Source: a virus
IMG/VR virus record: IMGVR_UViG_3300007513_000005
Length of the DNA: 64,000 nucleotides
Strand: one strand, 5' to 3'
The notes under the pieces were generated by a model, which saw only the letters and a program-made list of their open reading frames with translations, did not search any database and was not told the origin of the DNA. Made by a program: the position numbers and the translations under genes. Of the stretch, positions 24,566-33,313 are shown piece by piece. Position 1 is the stretch's first letter. Each line of letters starts with the position of its first letter.

Positions 24566-25609
24566 TTATTCTACAACTGAAAAATTCTTTGTAGCAGTCA
24601 CAGAATGATGGTTGTTGTATAGTTCTACAACGGCGAACCTATCTCCTGGGAGTTGTCTGAAAATAACAACCGAAACTTCTGGAGTGTTTTTGTATACCTT
24701 CAAAGTCTTCTTAACCGATTCCACGATGTCTTTTCTGGTTTTTTTGACGTCACTATCAGTCATACCGTTAAGGTTTGACAAACTAATTGCTATGGTCTGC
24801 TTCACCCCTGGGTTGTCTCGGAACTGTTGCGTCAATACCCCACTGACATTCGGGTCGAAACGTGACTTTGAGTTAATTACAATCAGGTGCTCGTTATAAC
24901 TTATCGCCTTTGAGTCTGCGCCATCCCAACTAGAGTGTTGAGAATCCCTGTAGTATCGCACATTATCAACCACGCTGTAGGTAATTCTACCCAATTTTTG
25001 ATTGATCGGTTTCGACAGTGCTTTCTCTATTCTATTATAGAACCACCGCTCTGTCCTAGCAGATCTCGGATAGATGTCCTCCTTCATATATTTCGCGGCA
25101 GCATTAGCGTACGGTTCCAAGTCCTCTGAGTTTTTCTCAGGGTCAAGGGGAACAGTACGTCCTTTGTTCACGATATTAAATATACGCCCGTTATTGATTC
25201 TCCTTAAAGTTGCACCCTCCATGTCTGCGTCTGTAGCAGGAGTATCCCCTAGATGATCATTAGCAGAGTCCTGGAAGTCCTCCCACTCATCGTCACTAAA
25301 TTGTAAAACCTTTTGCTGAAATCTTGAGACTAGGACCTTCTGGTTTTTATCTACCTTTTTCACTGCTTGCTTTGCCTTTAGTCTTGTGGTTCCATCCATA
25401 CAGGTATTAGCACGCAAACTTATTGGCACCTCTTGTTCAGTACCATTTAGAAATTGTGAAGTGTACCTTGCAATGTTGTTCTGCTGGTTTCCGTTAATTC
25501 GAGCCTTCTGGTTAAAGTCTTGAATCTCGTCAGGATCAACCCATTCAAGACTGTTGAGATAGGCGTCTCCATAAGTGGAAATAAAATTTTCGTGTTGCTT
25601 TTTATTCAA
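24566..25609 (-). CDS. ParB/Srx-like domain protein
   Basis: EVPISLRANTCMDGTTRLKA motif. Confidence 0.5.
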   Translation of the reverse strand: MNKKQHENFISTYGDAYLNSLEWVDPDEIQDFNQKARINGNQQNNIARYTSQFLNGTEQEVPISLRANTCMDGTTRLKAKQAVKKVDKNQKVLVSRFQQKVLQFSDDEWEDFQDSANDHLGDTPATDADMEGATLRRINNGRIFNIVNKGRTVPLDPEKNSEDLEPYANAAAKYMKEDIYPRSARTERWFYNRIEKALSKPINQKLGRITYSVVDNVRYYRDSQHSSWDGADSKAISYNEHLIVINSKSRFDPNVSGVLTQQFRDNPGVKQTIAISLSNLNGMTDSDVKKTRKDIVESVKKTLKVYKNTPEVSVVIFRQLPGDRFAVVELYNNHHSVTATKNFSVVE

Positions 25610-25643
25610 CTAAATTCTCCTTTCATTTTCTTTGTACATACTA

Positions 25644-26528
25644 TCATGAGTTTTCTAATCTTGCAAGACTTTTTTCGAAAAAAGTTTCATCTACCTCGCA
25701 CCCTAGAAAGTTCCTCTCTGTTATCTTAGATGCAACAGCAGTAGTACCTGATCCACTGAAAGGGTCAATGACTAAATCTCCAGGGTTGGAGTGTTTTGCG
25801 ATCAAGTCCTGAAACAGTAGAAGACTTTTCTGCGTAGGATGAAATCTGTCCTTACCACCTTGTAGTGGATAACTGTAGATTGCGTTATCATACTTGCTAT
25901 TAAACGTAGGGCTGCCTACCTTAACACCCAACAGTGCTATCTCTCTACAGTTCGTTAGATAGTTTCTAGAACTATTCAATGGCTGAGGGTTTGTCTTGAT
26001 CCACTCTACAAATCTCAACTGCTTGAACTTGTTTTGCTCCAGTATGTTCTTCAAGTCAGTGATCTTCCACAGATCAAAGAACACAATAGCAGTGCCGCCC
26101 TTACGCAATACTCTGTAGAACTGATGGACAAACTCGTTCAGAGACTCTAACGTAAATTTAGAGTCCCACTCCCCATAGTCTGTCTTTACTGCATATTTTT
26201 TGCCGTATATACTACCGTACTTTAGATAGTTTCTCTTGTGCTTCTCTAATTCGTCTCGCCATAACTCTTTGTTGTCCTTGAATTTACTGTTCTCGAAAAA
26301 CTGTTGCCACTGTTCTGCGGTCTTGTAACTGTTCCATTGCTCAGTAGTCTTTACGTCTTGAGATCCCGCCTTATCCTGTTCGTTAACATGATCAACCCAT
26401 TTATCCATACCAGTCTCTCTTGACGTGATATAGGGAGGATCTGTCAGCACAAGATCAACAGAATTGTTATCTAGTCCTTTGAGAAATTCTACCCCTTCCT
26501 TTAGTTCAATTGACTGTTCGATTTTCAT
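25644..26528 (-). CDS. DNA methyltransferase, beta class (N6A/N4C)
   Basis: LVLTDPPY first, then HPTQK and DPFSGSGTT. Confidence 0.92.
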   Translation of the reverse strand: MKIEQSIELKEGVEFLKGLDNNSVDLVLTDPPYITSRETGMDKWVDHVNEQDKAGSQDVKTTEQWNSYKTAEQWQQFFENSKFKDNKELWRDELEKHKRNYLKYGSIYGKKYAVKTDYGEWDSKFTLESLNEFVHQFYRVLRKGGTAIVFFDLWKITDLKNILEQNKFKQLRFVEWIKTNPQPLNSSRNYLTNCREIALLGVKVGSPTFNSKYDNAIYSYPLQGGKDRFHPTQKSLLLFQDLIAKHSNPGDLVIDPFSGSGTTAVASKITERNFLGCEVDETFFEKSLARLENS

Positions 26529-27098
26529 TTAAAATGATCCTATAATTCTTTTTTGTAATTCGCGCTTCATGCTTTTATAATCAATATCCCCAATCAGTGT
26601 TGGCGTTACTGACCTATGCACAAACTCCAGTTCAACAAGGGGAATCTTGGCGATTATCGCATCAGAAGATCTAACAAGATACTTAGACAGTGACTCTCTG
26701 GTGATGATTGCTAGACTATTTTCTTGCCCAATCATATAGTAATCAGATTTGAGTGAGTCTATTAGCGGTTCGTTATCTTGGTTGTTCCCGATTTTATTTA
26801 CAACTCTGACATTGACATTCTTTCTAAGGTTTCCCTTCTTTGTTATCAACCCGTGAGAAATAAATTTGAATTCCACATGATGATTGTGCTTGGTATCAAG
26901 ATGATCGCGTCCAGTTTCATCAATCCACTTGAGGCGTCCTTCACTAAAGGCTTCAACACCCCCCTCTGCGAAGTCTGCTTTGTCGAACCTAAGTTTTCTC
27001 TCATTCAGAGATGGACCAATGGATGTCATCAGATTAGTATAACGTCGTCCATCGATCACTGTCGACAACTCTTTTGCGTATTGTTTCAAGGTGAGCAT
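26529..27098 (-). CDS. Putative PD-(D/E)xK restriction endonuclease
   Basis: E...GRDHLD...VEFKF spacing; lies between two MTases with 0-1 nt gaps. Confidence 0.5.
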   Translation of the reverse strand: MLTLKQYAKELSTVIDGRRYTNLMTSIGPSLNERKLRFDKADFAEGGVEAFSEGRLKWIDETGRDHLDTKHNHHVEFKFISHGLITKKGNLRKNVNVRVVNKIGNNQDNEPLIDSLKSDYYMIGQENSLAIITRESLSKYLVRSSDAIIAKIPLVELEFVHRSVTPTLIGDIDYKSMKRELQKRIIGSF

Positions 27099-27099
27099 A

Positions 27100-27984
27100 T
27101 CAGTTCCTTTTGTAACTGGTTATTAGCAACTCTTTGCGATCTTTTTGTGCTTCTGTGTATACCTTACTAGATTGCATTGTATATGTCAAGTCCCAATCAT
27201 TAAAATAATAATCTGAAAATCGTTTTCTTAAAACTTCGTTAGAATTATATGTAATCATCCATTCATGCTTACACTTTACAACGTCGTCATAAAATCTCAT
27301 GTGGTCAAAACCTGAGTGCATGTTGCCGTTCTTACCATAGAGGTCATCTTTAATGTCATATGGTGGATCGAGGAATACAAAGCAATCTTGCCCCTTTGCG
27401 TTCAACACGCGATCATAGTCAAAATTAGTGATTTTCCAATCCTGTATTATCTTAGAATATGCTGGCAGCTTGTTGATGCCAGTCATACTAAAGTTCGATT
27501 CTGATGCTTGCTCTGAAAAAGAACTGCTCTCACCAAGTCCAGAGAAACTACACTTATTTAGTATGAAAAAATATACCGCCTTAGTAAAATCATCGACACT
27601 TGCGATGTCTGCCCTTGCTTTATTGAACAGTGCTCTGTGCTTTTCGATGTTATCCAAAATAGACCTGTCCCATTGCGACTTGTCTACTTTATCCTTTCTC
27701 AGGGGTTTGGTGACATACTCAATGGGTTTCTTGATGCGTGCCAACTCTTGATGCAGTGCTGGTCCTTTATCCCTTAGTTGCACCCAGAAGTTATACAAAC
27801 TGTAGTACGCATCGTTAACCCAGACCTTTGTACCTGGTCGTGTTTGTGTGACGTGTAGTGCCATTGAACCACCTCCGAGGAATGGTTCTCTAAATTCCTT
27901 AAACTGCTTAGGCAGATCAGGATCCAGTTTCTTGATGGCCCTGGACTTGCCGCCAGGGTAACGTAATGGTGTTTTCAATGCCAT
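27100..27984 (-). CDS. dam: Dam-like (D12, alpha class) adenine methyltransferase
   Basis: PLRYPGGKS, EPFLGGGS, WVND, FLDPPY. Confidence 0.92.
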   Translation of the reverse strand: MALKTPLRYPGGKSRAIKKLDPDLPKQFKEFREPFLGGGSMALHVTQTRPGTKVWVNDAYYSLYNFWVQLRDKGPALHQELARIKKPIEYVTKPLRKDKVDKSQWDRSILDNIEKHRALFNKARADIASVDDFTKAVYFFILNKCSFSGLGESSSFSEQASESNFSMTGINKLPAYSKIIQDWKITNFDYDRVLNAKGQDCFVFLDPPYDIKDDLYGKNGNMHSGFDHMRFYDDVVKCKHEWMITYNSNEVLRKRFSDYYFNDWDLTYTMQSSKVYTEAQKDRKELLITSYKRN

Positions 27985-28008
27985 TTGTTTGTGCTCCTAT
28001 TTTTATAA

Positions 28009-28557
28009 TTACCAGTTAACGCCAGTTGTAATTGCAGTTGCCCAATAGTTGTTGACATCAGGTATGAAACTGAAGTGTACTGGTACGCTGAACATGCCAG
28101 CATCCAGAGTGTATCCAACTGCGCCGATCAGGTGAACAAACTTATCCTCTCCTGATGGATCGTGGAACGATAGGTTTGGACCTACGGCGATCTGAAATGA
28201 CTTATCAATCTCAAATCCAATCAGTGCTCGAACTGATGGAGAGATAACACTCTGATCTAATCCTGAAAGACTTACGTTCTGAATGAACAACACGTCCAAC
28301 CAATCTCCACCTGGCATGCATTGCTGTAACTCGTACCCCATAGTGGTCATGTGTGGGCTCTTGAGTTTTGACTCCTCACCATTAGAGTCTGGTTTGTGTG
28401 AGTCGTTAGCATACGCATAACCGAATCGGACACCTGACCGCTTGGTCCACTTGCCTTGTCCCTTGGCGTCTGTTGGGTGTGCCGATGCCTGGGGACATCC
28501 TGCTAGTGGTGCAACGATTAACATCGCGAGTGCACAGATTAAAATTTTCTTCAACAT
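28009..28557 (-). CDS. Secreted outer-membrane beta-barrel-like protein
   Basis: Signal peptide, amphipathic beta strands, C-terminal aromatic beta-signal (TTGVNW). Confidence 0.6.
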   Translation of the reverse strand: MLKKILICALAMLIVAPLAGCPQASAHPTDAKGQGKWTKRSGVRFGYAYANDSHKPDSNGEESKLKSPHMTTMGYELQQCMPGGDWLDVLFIQNVSLSGLDQSVISPSVRALIGFEIDKSFQIAVGPNLSFHDPSGEDKFVHLIGAVGYTLDAGMFSVPVHFSFIPDVNNYWATAITTGVNW

Positions 28558-28589
28558 AGTTTCTCCTTTTTTTGTTGATTAAATAAAAG

Positions 28590-28663
28590 CGCCCTGGGTA
28601 GGATTCGAACCTACGACCTGCGGATTAGAAGTCCGATGCTCTATCCAGCTGAGCTACCAGGGC
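28590..28663 (-). tRNA. tRNA-Arg (TCT), CCA not encoded
   Basis: GCCCTGGTAGCTCAGCTGGATAGAGCATCGGACTTCTAATCCGCAGGTCGTAGGTTCGAATCCTACCCAGGGCG; cloverleaf with T27-C43 mismatch. Confidence 0.9.
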
Positions 28664-28670
28664 ATATATA

Positions 28671-28763
28671 TTAGTGACTTCTTCTACGCCACCAATCAAA
28701 TACTACACTGCCGAGGAAAATCCCAGCAGAGAGAGCGACAATATCAATTATAAATCCGAACAT
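28671..28763 (-). CDS. Small membrane peptide (30 aa)
   Basis: MFGFIIDIVALSAGIFLGSVVFDWWRRRSH*; AAGGG SD; promoter at 28791-28819; not in track. Confidence 0.65.
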   Translation of the reverse strand: MFGFIIDIVALSAGIFLGSVVFDWWRRRSH

Positions 28764-28790
28764 GTTTTATCCCTTCATTGTTGTGTAACT

Positions 28791-28819
28791 ATTGTATCAA
28801 CACTTAAATTGAAAGTCAA
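28791..28819 (-). promoter_or_regulatory. sigma70 promoter for the peptide and tRNA-Arg
   Basis: TTGACT-17-TACAAT. Confidence 0.7.
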
Positions 28820-29052
28820 GCGTTTTTTGCTCTTGAAATGATTTTTAAAAATTTAGCACGAATCCACTCACACTCACCTGTAGACATTCTTATTTGGCAT
28901 CTATACTCATCCCTGTGCCAAAAGTAATCGTCCGTAACGCTCGGCAAGTCGTGTATTCGCTTCTTCTGAGTTACTAAACCAATCTCTCCGCAATCCTTTG
29001 TAGGTTCCGTAACTCTAACGATGTCTCCAATGTCAAACTCTTGTCTGTGCAT
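28816..29052 (-). CDS. KOW/SH3-like small protein
   Basis: FDIGDIVRV...IGLVT...WIRAKFL. Confidence 0.7.
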   Translation of the reverse strand: MHRQEFDIGDIVRVTEPTKDCGEIGLVTQKKRIHDLPSVTDDYFWHRDEYRCQIRMSTGECEWIRAKFLKIISRAKNA

Positions 29053-29064
29053 AAACCTAACTAC

Positions 29065-29586
29065 TTAAAACCAATCGTCGTCGTCCCAGTTGAACGGGTT
29101 GTCATATTCATCCGTATCACTAGGATCCTTCTTGTTGCCACTAGATACCTTAGTTGATGGTACGTAAGGTGGTACAATTGGCGGTTTCTTGGTTGTTTTT
29201 GCTGAAGATCTTTTAGTGTATTGCTTTTGCTTCAGCACCTTCTTTTTCTTTTCAAACTTTCTTCTCAATATCTCAACCTTATCGTGCCTTTCGATAATAC
29301 CCTGGGACATTGCTGGCAAATAAGACGGGTCTCCCCCGTCAAACACTCTTACTTTTTCTCCCGACTTGAGAGTGAGTACAGGGTCTCCACCGATGATAGA
29401 AGGATGTGCAATAAGTTCCGATGCTGTCAGGTTCTTATAGAGAGTCTTCACTCGCCCCTCAATTACACTCGTTACGGGTACCCTAAAAGTACCCTTACTA
29501 TCAGCCTCCACGACTGTTCTCTCCCCATCATAGAGGAAAGAGACATGTTTTATAATCCTGGTTGACTTCAAGTCACTCACCTCCAA
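29065..29586 (-). CDS. Hypothetical protein with basic/low-complexity tail
   Basis: 173-aa ORF. Confidence 0.65.
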   Translation of the reverse strand: MEVSDLKSTRIIKHVSFLYDGERTVVEADSKGTFRVPVTSVIEGRVKTLYKNLTASELIAHPSIIGGDPVLTLKSGEKVRVFDGGDPSYLPAMSQGIIERHDKVEILRRKFEKKKKVLKQKQYTKRSSAKTTKKPPIVPPYVPSTKVSSGNKKDPSDTDEYDNPFNWDDDDWF

Positions 29587-29804
29587 CGCCTCTTCTCGTA
29601 GCAGATATGGTACTCATCGCAGATCTGAACTTCTCTGGTTTCTTCCCAGCAATAATTCCTGTTACAGACCTCAACCCTCTCCTGTCCATAATAACAGTCG
29701 TATTCCGTGTGAGAATATTCTGGGTGATATGGGTCGCAATCATCGTCTAGCAAAATTAGACATCCTTGCAACATACAAAACAAAACCAATAATACTACTC
29801 TCAT
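29577..29804 (-). CDS. Cys-rich lipoprotein
   Basis: Lipobox MLQG-C; further Cys in the mature part. Confidence 0.65.
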   Translation of the reverse strand: MRVVLLVLFCMLQGCLILLDDDCDPYHPEYSHTEYDCYYGQERVEVCNRNYCWEETREVQICDEYHICYEKRRWR

Positions 29805-29944
29805 GTTCTACCCCAAATCAAAGTTCTCAACGACTTCACTCCAACTTCGGCCGCAATCAACGTACCATAGACAGCTGCACCAAGAATTAAAGGTGCTGCG
29901 AGAATGGCAACATCAAGACAGAGTGTTATGTCATCCCGTTTCAA
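29801..29944 (-). CDS. Small membrane peptide (47 aa)
   Basis: TTG start with GAGG SD; MKRDDITLCLDVAILAAPLILGAAVYGTLIAAEVGVKSLRTLIWGRT*; TGA overlaps the next ATG; not in track. Confidence 0.6.
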   Translation of the reverse strand: MKRDDITLCLDVAILAAPLILGAAVYGTLIAAEVGVKSLRTLIWGRT

Positions 29945-30191
29945 AAGTAATCCTCAATTCTTTAATACGAGCACAAAGTTTGGCGTACTTCTCTGGGACG
30001 TGGCCCTCTTTCTTCCTCTCCAAGATCGACACCAGTGGTTCTGCCCACTCATCGACGGATGGCACATAGACCAAGTACTTGTCGCCAAACACTTCCTTGT
30101 AAAACATCCCCTCAAGTCCATTACAATTAGTGCCAAAGAGATCATAATCTCCAATAAAAATTAACGCTTCGCCCTGTTTAACTTCACTCAT
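29931..30191 (-). CDS. SH3-like small protein
   Basis: VKQGEALIF...YLVYV. Confidence 0.6.
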   Translation of the reverse strand: MSEVKQGEALIFIGDYDLFGTNCNGLEGMFYKEVFGDKYLVYVPSVDEWAEPLVSILERKKEGHVPEKYAKLCARIKELRITFETG

Positions 30192-30195
30192 CTAC

Positions 30196-30288
30196 CTAGT
30201 CCCTGTAATCATAATTAATGATAGCAAAACAAAAAAATAATAGCAACACAAAAAAGAACTTAAAAATAAAACCATCCGTAAGCAGCAT
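30196..30288 (-). CDS. Small membrane peptide (30 aa)
   Basis: MLLTDGFIFKFFFVLLLFFCFAIINYDYRD*; no clear SD; not in track. Confidence 0.45.
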   Translation of the reverse strand: MLLTDGFIFKFFFVLLLFFCFAIINYDYRD

Positions 30289-30302
30289 GTTGCCAAGAGC
30301 GC

Positions 30303-30506
30303 TTAACGCTTTGTGAGTTGCCAAATCCATACTTCCTCCACAATGCCCGTGGTCCAAGCTACGCGATACCTCTTCGCACTAACTGGTTTGATAACAATAC
30401 CCACGCAAGCAGAAATATCCTCCCCCAAGAACTTTGAATATTCTCTGGCATCCAACCCAATTAGCATGCCTGGGTATATCTCGTTTGGTTTTAATCTCTT
30501 AGACAT
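30303..30506 (-). CDS. KOW/SH3-like small protein
   Basis: YPGMLIG...VGIVI...YRVAW...VWIWQL. Confidence 0.65.
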   Translation of the reverse strand: MSKRLKPNEIYPGMLIGLDAREYSKFLGEDISACVGIVIKPVSAKRYRVAWTTGIVEEVWIWQLTKR

Positions 30507-30751
30507 TTTTTATTTTGTGATATGTATCGACTGATGTGATGACAGATGTCAAGACTGTCACCTTCGAATCCTCGATCAAGTTCTTTATAAGACTCTAGTG
30601 CCTCTCTGGTTAATATAAACAATCTCGCAAATAAATCTGCTCTTGGCCCAAGATCTGATAATTGTTTCGTGTCCAAGTCATCCACTGAATACCCACTGTC
30701 TTCGTCAGACTTCCAATGGTAACCACTCCCCACTCTCCATTCTTTTGACAT
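30491..30751 (-). CDS. Hypothetical protein
   Basis: 86-aa ORF; start uncertain. Confidence 0.6.
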   Translation of the reverse strand: MSKEWRVGSGYHWKSDEDSGYSVDDLDTKQLSDLGPRADLFARLFILTREALESYKELDRGFEGDSLDICHHISRYISQNKKCLRD

Positions 30752-30938
30752 CTTTCTTTCTAATTAAACTCCACGACTTAAATTTGGTAATCCTACCCTC
30801 GTTTAACCCGTTTAACAATAAAACATTGTAATAATCATTGGGAAGAAACCCAACTACTTTTCCAAAAACATTAATTGGTTTACCTAGAGGAAAGTCCCTT
30901 AAGTAAACCTCATCGCCTCTGTTAAACTCCCTGTCCAT
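30705..30938 (-). CDS. KOW/SH3-like small protein
   Basis: FNRGDEVYL...GKVVG...YNVLL. Confidence 0.68.
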   Translation of the reverse strand: MDREFNRGDEVYLRDFPLGKPINVFGKVVGFLPNDYYNVLLLNGLNEGRITKFKSWSLIRKKDVKRMESGEWLPLEV

Positions 30939-30962
30939 ACTAAGTAATTAGTACAGACAGGG
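30929..30962 (-). promoter_or_regulatory. 15-bp RNA hairpin containing ACTAATTA and sequestering the AUG of 30705..30938
   Basis: CCCUGUCUGUACUAA-UUAC-UUAGUAUGGACAGGG; fully paired on the minus strand with two G-U pairs. Confidence 0.7.
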
Positions 30963-30976
30963 GTTCAAAAGGTGAT

Positions 30977-31414
30977 CTAATTTACCTCTACTAATTCGAT
31001 ATCAAAGTTGAGATTCTTGCCTGCCATAGGATGATTAAAATCAATCACAACAAACTCCTCCTCAACCTGATTAATCACTCCACGAACTGGCTGATTCTGT
31101 ACGTTTCCTTCAATAACCACTCCCGCTTCAAACTCAAAGTTCTCTGGAAATGATTGTTTTGGCACAGATTGGATGCCTTCAGGATTATGTTCACCATAAG
31201 CCTGTTCAGGTTCAAGTGTAACAGTCTTCGTTTCGCCAACCTTCATCCCATTAACAGCTGCGTCAAATCCAGGGATCATCTGCCCTGCACCCACAGTAAA
31301 CTCAATGGCCTCGCCACGGTCATACGAACTATCAAAAACAGTTCCGTCCTCGAAGGTTCCCTTGTAGTGAACATGCACTGCACGACCTTCCTTTGCTATT
31401 GTCTTCTTACCCAT
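30977..31414 (-). CDS. FKBP-type peptidyl-prolyl isomerase (SlyD/FkpB-like)
   Basis: VHYKGTFEDGTVFDSS, G..QMIPGFD, PEQAYG, DFNHPMAGKNLNF. Confidence 0.93.
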   Translation of the reverse strand: MGKKTIAKEGRAVHVHYKGTFEDGTVFDSSYDRGEAIEFTVGAGQMIPGFDAAVNGMKVGETKTVTLEPEQAYGEHNPEGIQSVPKQSFPENFEFEAGVVIEGNVQNQPVRGVINQVEEEFVVIDFNHPMAGKNLNFDIELVEVN

Positions 31415-31428
31415 TTTATGTACTCCTT

Positions 31429-31683
31429 TTAATTGTTTTGGTTAAGATCTTTTTTTCTCTTCATTTTTTTCTTGAGGTATTTTCCAACCTCTGATTCTAG
31501 TTCAACCTCCTCCAATCCCTCCTCTTCTGGAGGTTCCCATATGTCCCACTCTACATTATCCATATTATCCTTTCCGTAGATGTAAGTCAAGTGATTTTCG
31601 AAATCTTTTGCCTTACAGTCAAAAGTCGAAGTCCTATCTTCGATATGATTATTCTTGAGAATATATACTGTCGCTTCAATCAT
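31429..31683 (-). CDS. Hypothetical protein
   Basis: 84-aa ORF, ATGA overlap. Confidence 0.6.
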   Translation of the reverse strand: MIEATVYILKNNHIEDRTSTFDCKAKDFENHLTYIYGKDNMDNVEWDIWEPPEEEGLEEVELESEVGKYLKKKMKRKKDLNQNN

Positions 31684-32117
31684 CCAACAATCCTTATAAC
31701 TGGTCTTAATTCGGAAGAGAACCCCTTCTCTTCATAGTATTCTAAATCCATCTCATTCAACTTCTTAAAGACCGCGCTCAACTTATCAGAAGAATTGGGT
31801 CCAAAAACTACACTCGACGGGAATGAAACAAAGTTTAAAAACTCATCCAGTTCCCTCTCAATGTTGGTTGTGGATATACCTCGCATGTCCAGGGTTCTGT
31901 ATCTTTTCTGTGTTCTTCTATATTTCTTGTTCTCAGCATATTTGATTCTCATATTACCACAGTCAATCATTTGCCAAAACTGCGCCTTCTTGATTCTATT
32001 TACTCTGTCCCTAAACAAGTAAAACCAATACGCCCTAGTCTCTTTGATCAACAGCCCTGTACCAATATCTGTCATGATCATGTCGCCTGGTTTTACATTG
32101 TACCTCTCTTCTATCAA
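31680..32117 (-). CDS. KOW plus Smr-like domain protein
   Basis: Start revised to TTG 32117; VKPGDMI...GLLI (KOW) then TLDMRG...ELDEFL...VVFG (Smr-like LDLRG). Confidence 0.55.
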   Translation of the reverse strand: MIEERYNVKPGDMIMTDIGTGLLIKETRAYWFYLFRDRVNRIKKAQFWQMIDCGNMRIKYAENKKYRRTQKRYRTLDMRGISTTNIERELDEFLNFVSFPSSVVFGPNSSDKLSAVFKKLNEMDLEYYEEKGFSSELRPVIRIVG

Positions 32118-32239
32118 TCTCTCGTTCTCCAGAACAGATAAACCTGAAGGACAAACAAGGCCACTATCGCGAGAATATACCATTGCCTGTTCTCCATCGT
32201 TATGACACCATACCAATCGTTTACTTCCATAACATTCAT
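32114..32239 (-). CDS. Small membrane peptide (41 aa)
   Basis: MNVMEVNDWYGVITMENRQWYILAIVALFVLQVYLFWRTRD*; overlaps both neighbours by 4 nt; not in track. Confidence 0.6.
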   Translation of the reverse strand: MNVMEVNDWYGVITMENRQWYILAIVALFVLQVYLFWRTRD

Positions 32240-32412
32240 TCTCTCACCAAACTTAAATCCCCAGACCACACCCAAAGTCTCTGCTCACCGAAGAGCACTA
32301 GAAGTTTGCCCACCTCATTTGGCTCCTTGAGTATTATACCATGCTTCACCTTGGGGGATAACAAGGGATCATGGTGCCAGTGAGTATATTTTACCAAATC
32401 TCCGACTCTCAA
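32236..32412 (-). CDS. KOW/SH3-like miniprotein (58 aa)
   Basis: TTG start; MRVGDLVKYTHWHHDPLLSPRVKHGIILKEPNEVGKLLVLFGEQRLWVWSGDLSLVRE*; not in track. Confidence 0.7.
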   Translation of the reverse strand: MRVGDLVKYTHWHHDPLLSPKVKHGIILKEPNEVGKLLVLFGEQRLWVWSGDLSLVRE

Positions 32413-32616
32413 TTATTTGTCAACACCAAACCTTGTCTTGTACCACAACCTCTCATGAGTATAGTATAGGACCGTCTTGGTCAAAATCTCTATGCCACTA
32501 AACATTGCTGCATAGTCAATGCTACCAGTCATTATCCACGATAATATGAACGTGTCCAGTGTTCCTACAATTCTCCACGTTAGCGCCTTAGCGACGTGTC
32601 TCTTCTTTTGTACCAC
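32413..32616 (-). CDS. DUF2061-type small membrane protein
   Basis: RHVAKALTWRIVGTLDT...KTVLYYTHERLW; promoter TTGACT-17-TATAGT at 32650-32678. Confidence 0.8.
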   Translation of the reverse strand: MVQKKRHVAKALTWRIVGTLDTFILSWIMTGSIDYAAMFSGIEILTKTVLYYTHERLWYKTRFGVDK

Positions 32617-32691
32617 TATTACCTCTCCTTTGTTTGTTATTGTTTATATACTATACCAGATATGTTTTATGAAGTCAATCTTTTTTTTATG

Positions 32692-33063
32692 TTATGGTAG
32701 GGGGCGTCCAATATAATTATTCCAGGCATATCTCTTTCTCTTTTCGAGATAATCTTCCTCGTCTTCGCAGTCATATGATTCTCTTTCGAATGGAATGTCA
32801 TAATACGCCTTCCTGCCGTTGCCGTGTCTCAAGTATCCCTTCATCCAGTACCATCCGTAAAGAATTAGAAATCCGACAAAAAAGCACTCGATTTGCTGCT
32901 GAAAATGGATACACTCGTGGCGCCTGGTTGTTTCGCCTACTTCTCCGCGACACCAGACAAAAATACCAAGATTAATCGCTCCGATCTCAATTGGAGCAAT
33001 CTTGCTCAACCAAACTGGGACTCTACTATTCTCTATGAAAATAGGCGTTAATGATTTCAGCAT
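32692..33063 (-). CDS. HExxH-motif membrane-associated protein
   Basis: RRHECIHFQQ...AYYDIPFERESY. Confidence 0.7.
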   Translation of the reverse strand: MLKSLTPIFIENSRVPVWLSKIAPIEIGAINLGIFVWCRGEVGETTRRHECIHFQQQIECFFVGFLILYGWYWMKGYLRHGNGRKAYYDIPFERESYDCEDEEDYLEKRKRYAWNNYIGRPLP

Positions 33064-33313
33064 CAGTCTTACCTCCGTCGTAAACCCACAACCATTTTTT
33101 GTAGAGCCAACCTTGACCGTTTTCAGACCTCCTTAGATTAGTAAAATATGATTCATACTTAACTCCTGGGACCATCCGTACAAGGGCCTTATCGCTATAA
33201 CCGTCTCCTCTTTGCTCTATCCTAAGAAGTAAACCGATCCACTCGTGTCTTGGAAAAATATAGTGATGAACAAGGTCCCCCACTTTCGGTTCTTTTCTAC
33301 TGGTTCGTACCAC
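33026..33313 (-). CDS. KOW/SH3-like small protein
   Basis: PKVGDLV...IGLLL; ACTAGTTA 5 nt before the GTG. Confidence 0.68.
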   Translation of the reverse strand: MVRTSRKEPKVGDLVHHYIFPRHEWIGLLLRIEQRGDGYSDKALVRMVPGVKYESYFTNLRRSENGQGWLYKKWLWVYDGGKTDAEIINAYFHRE

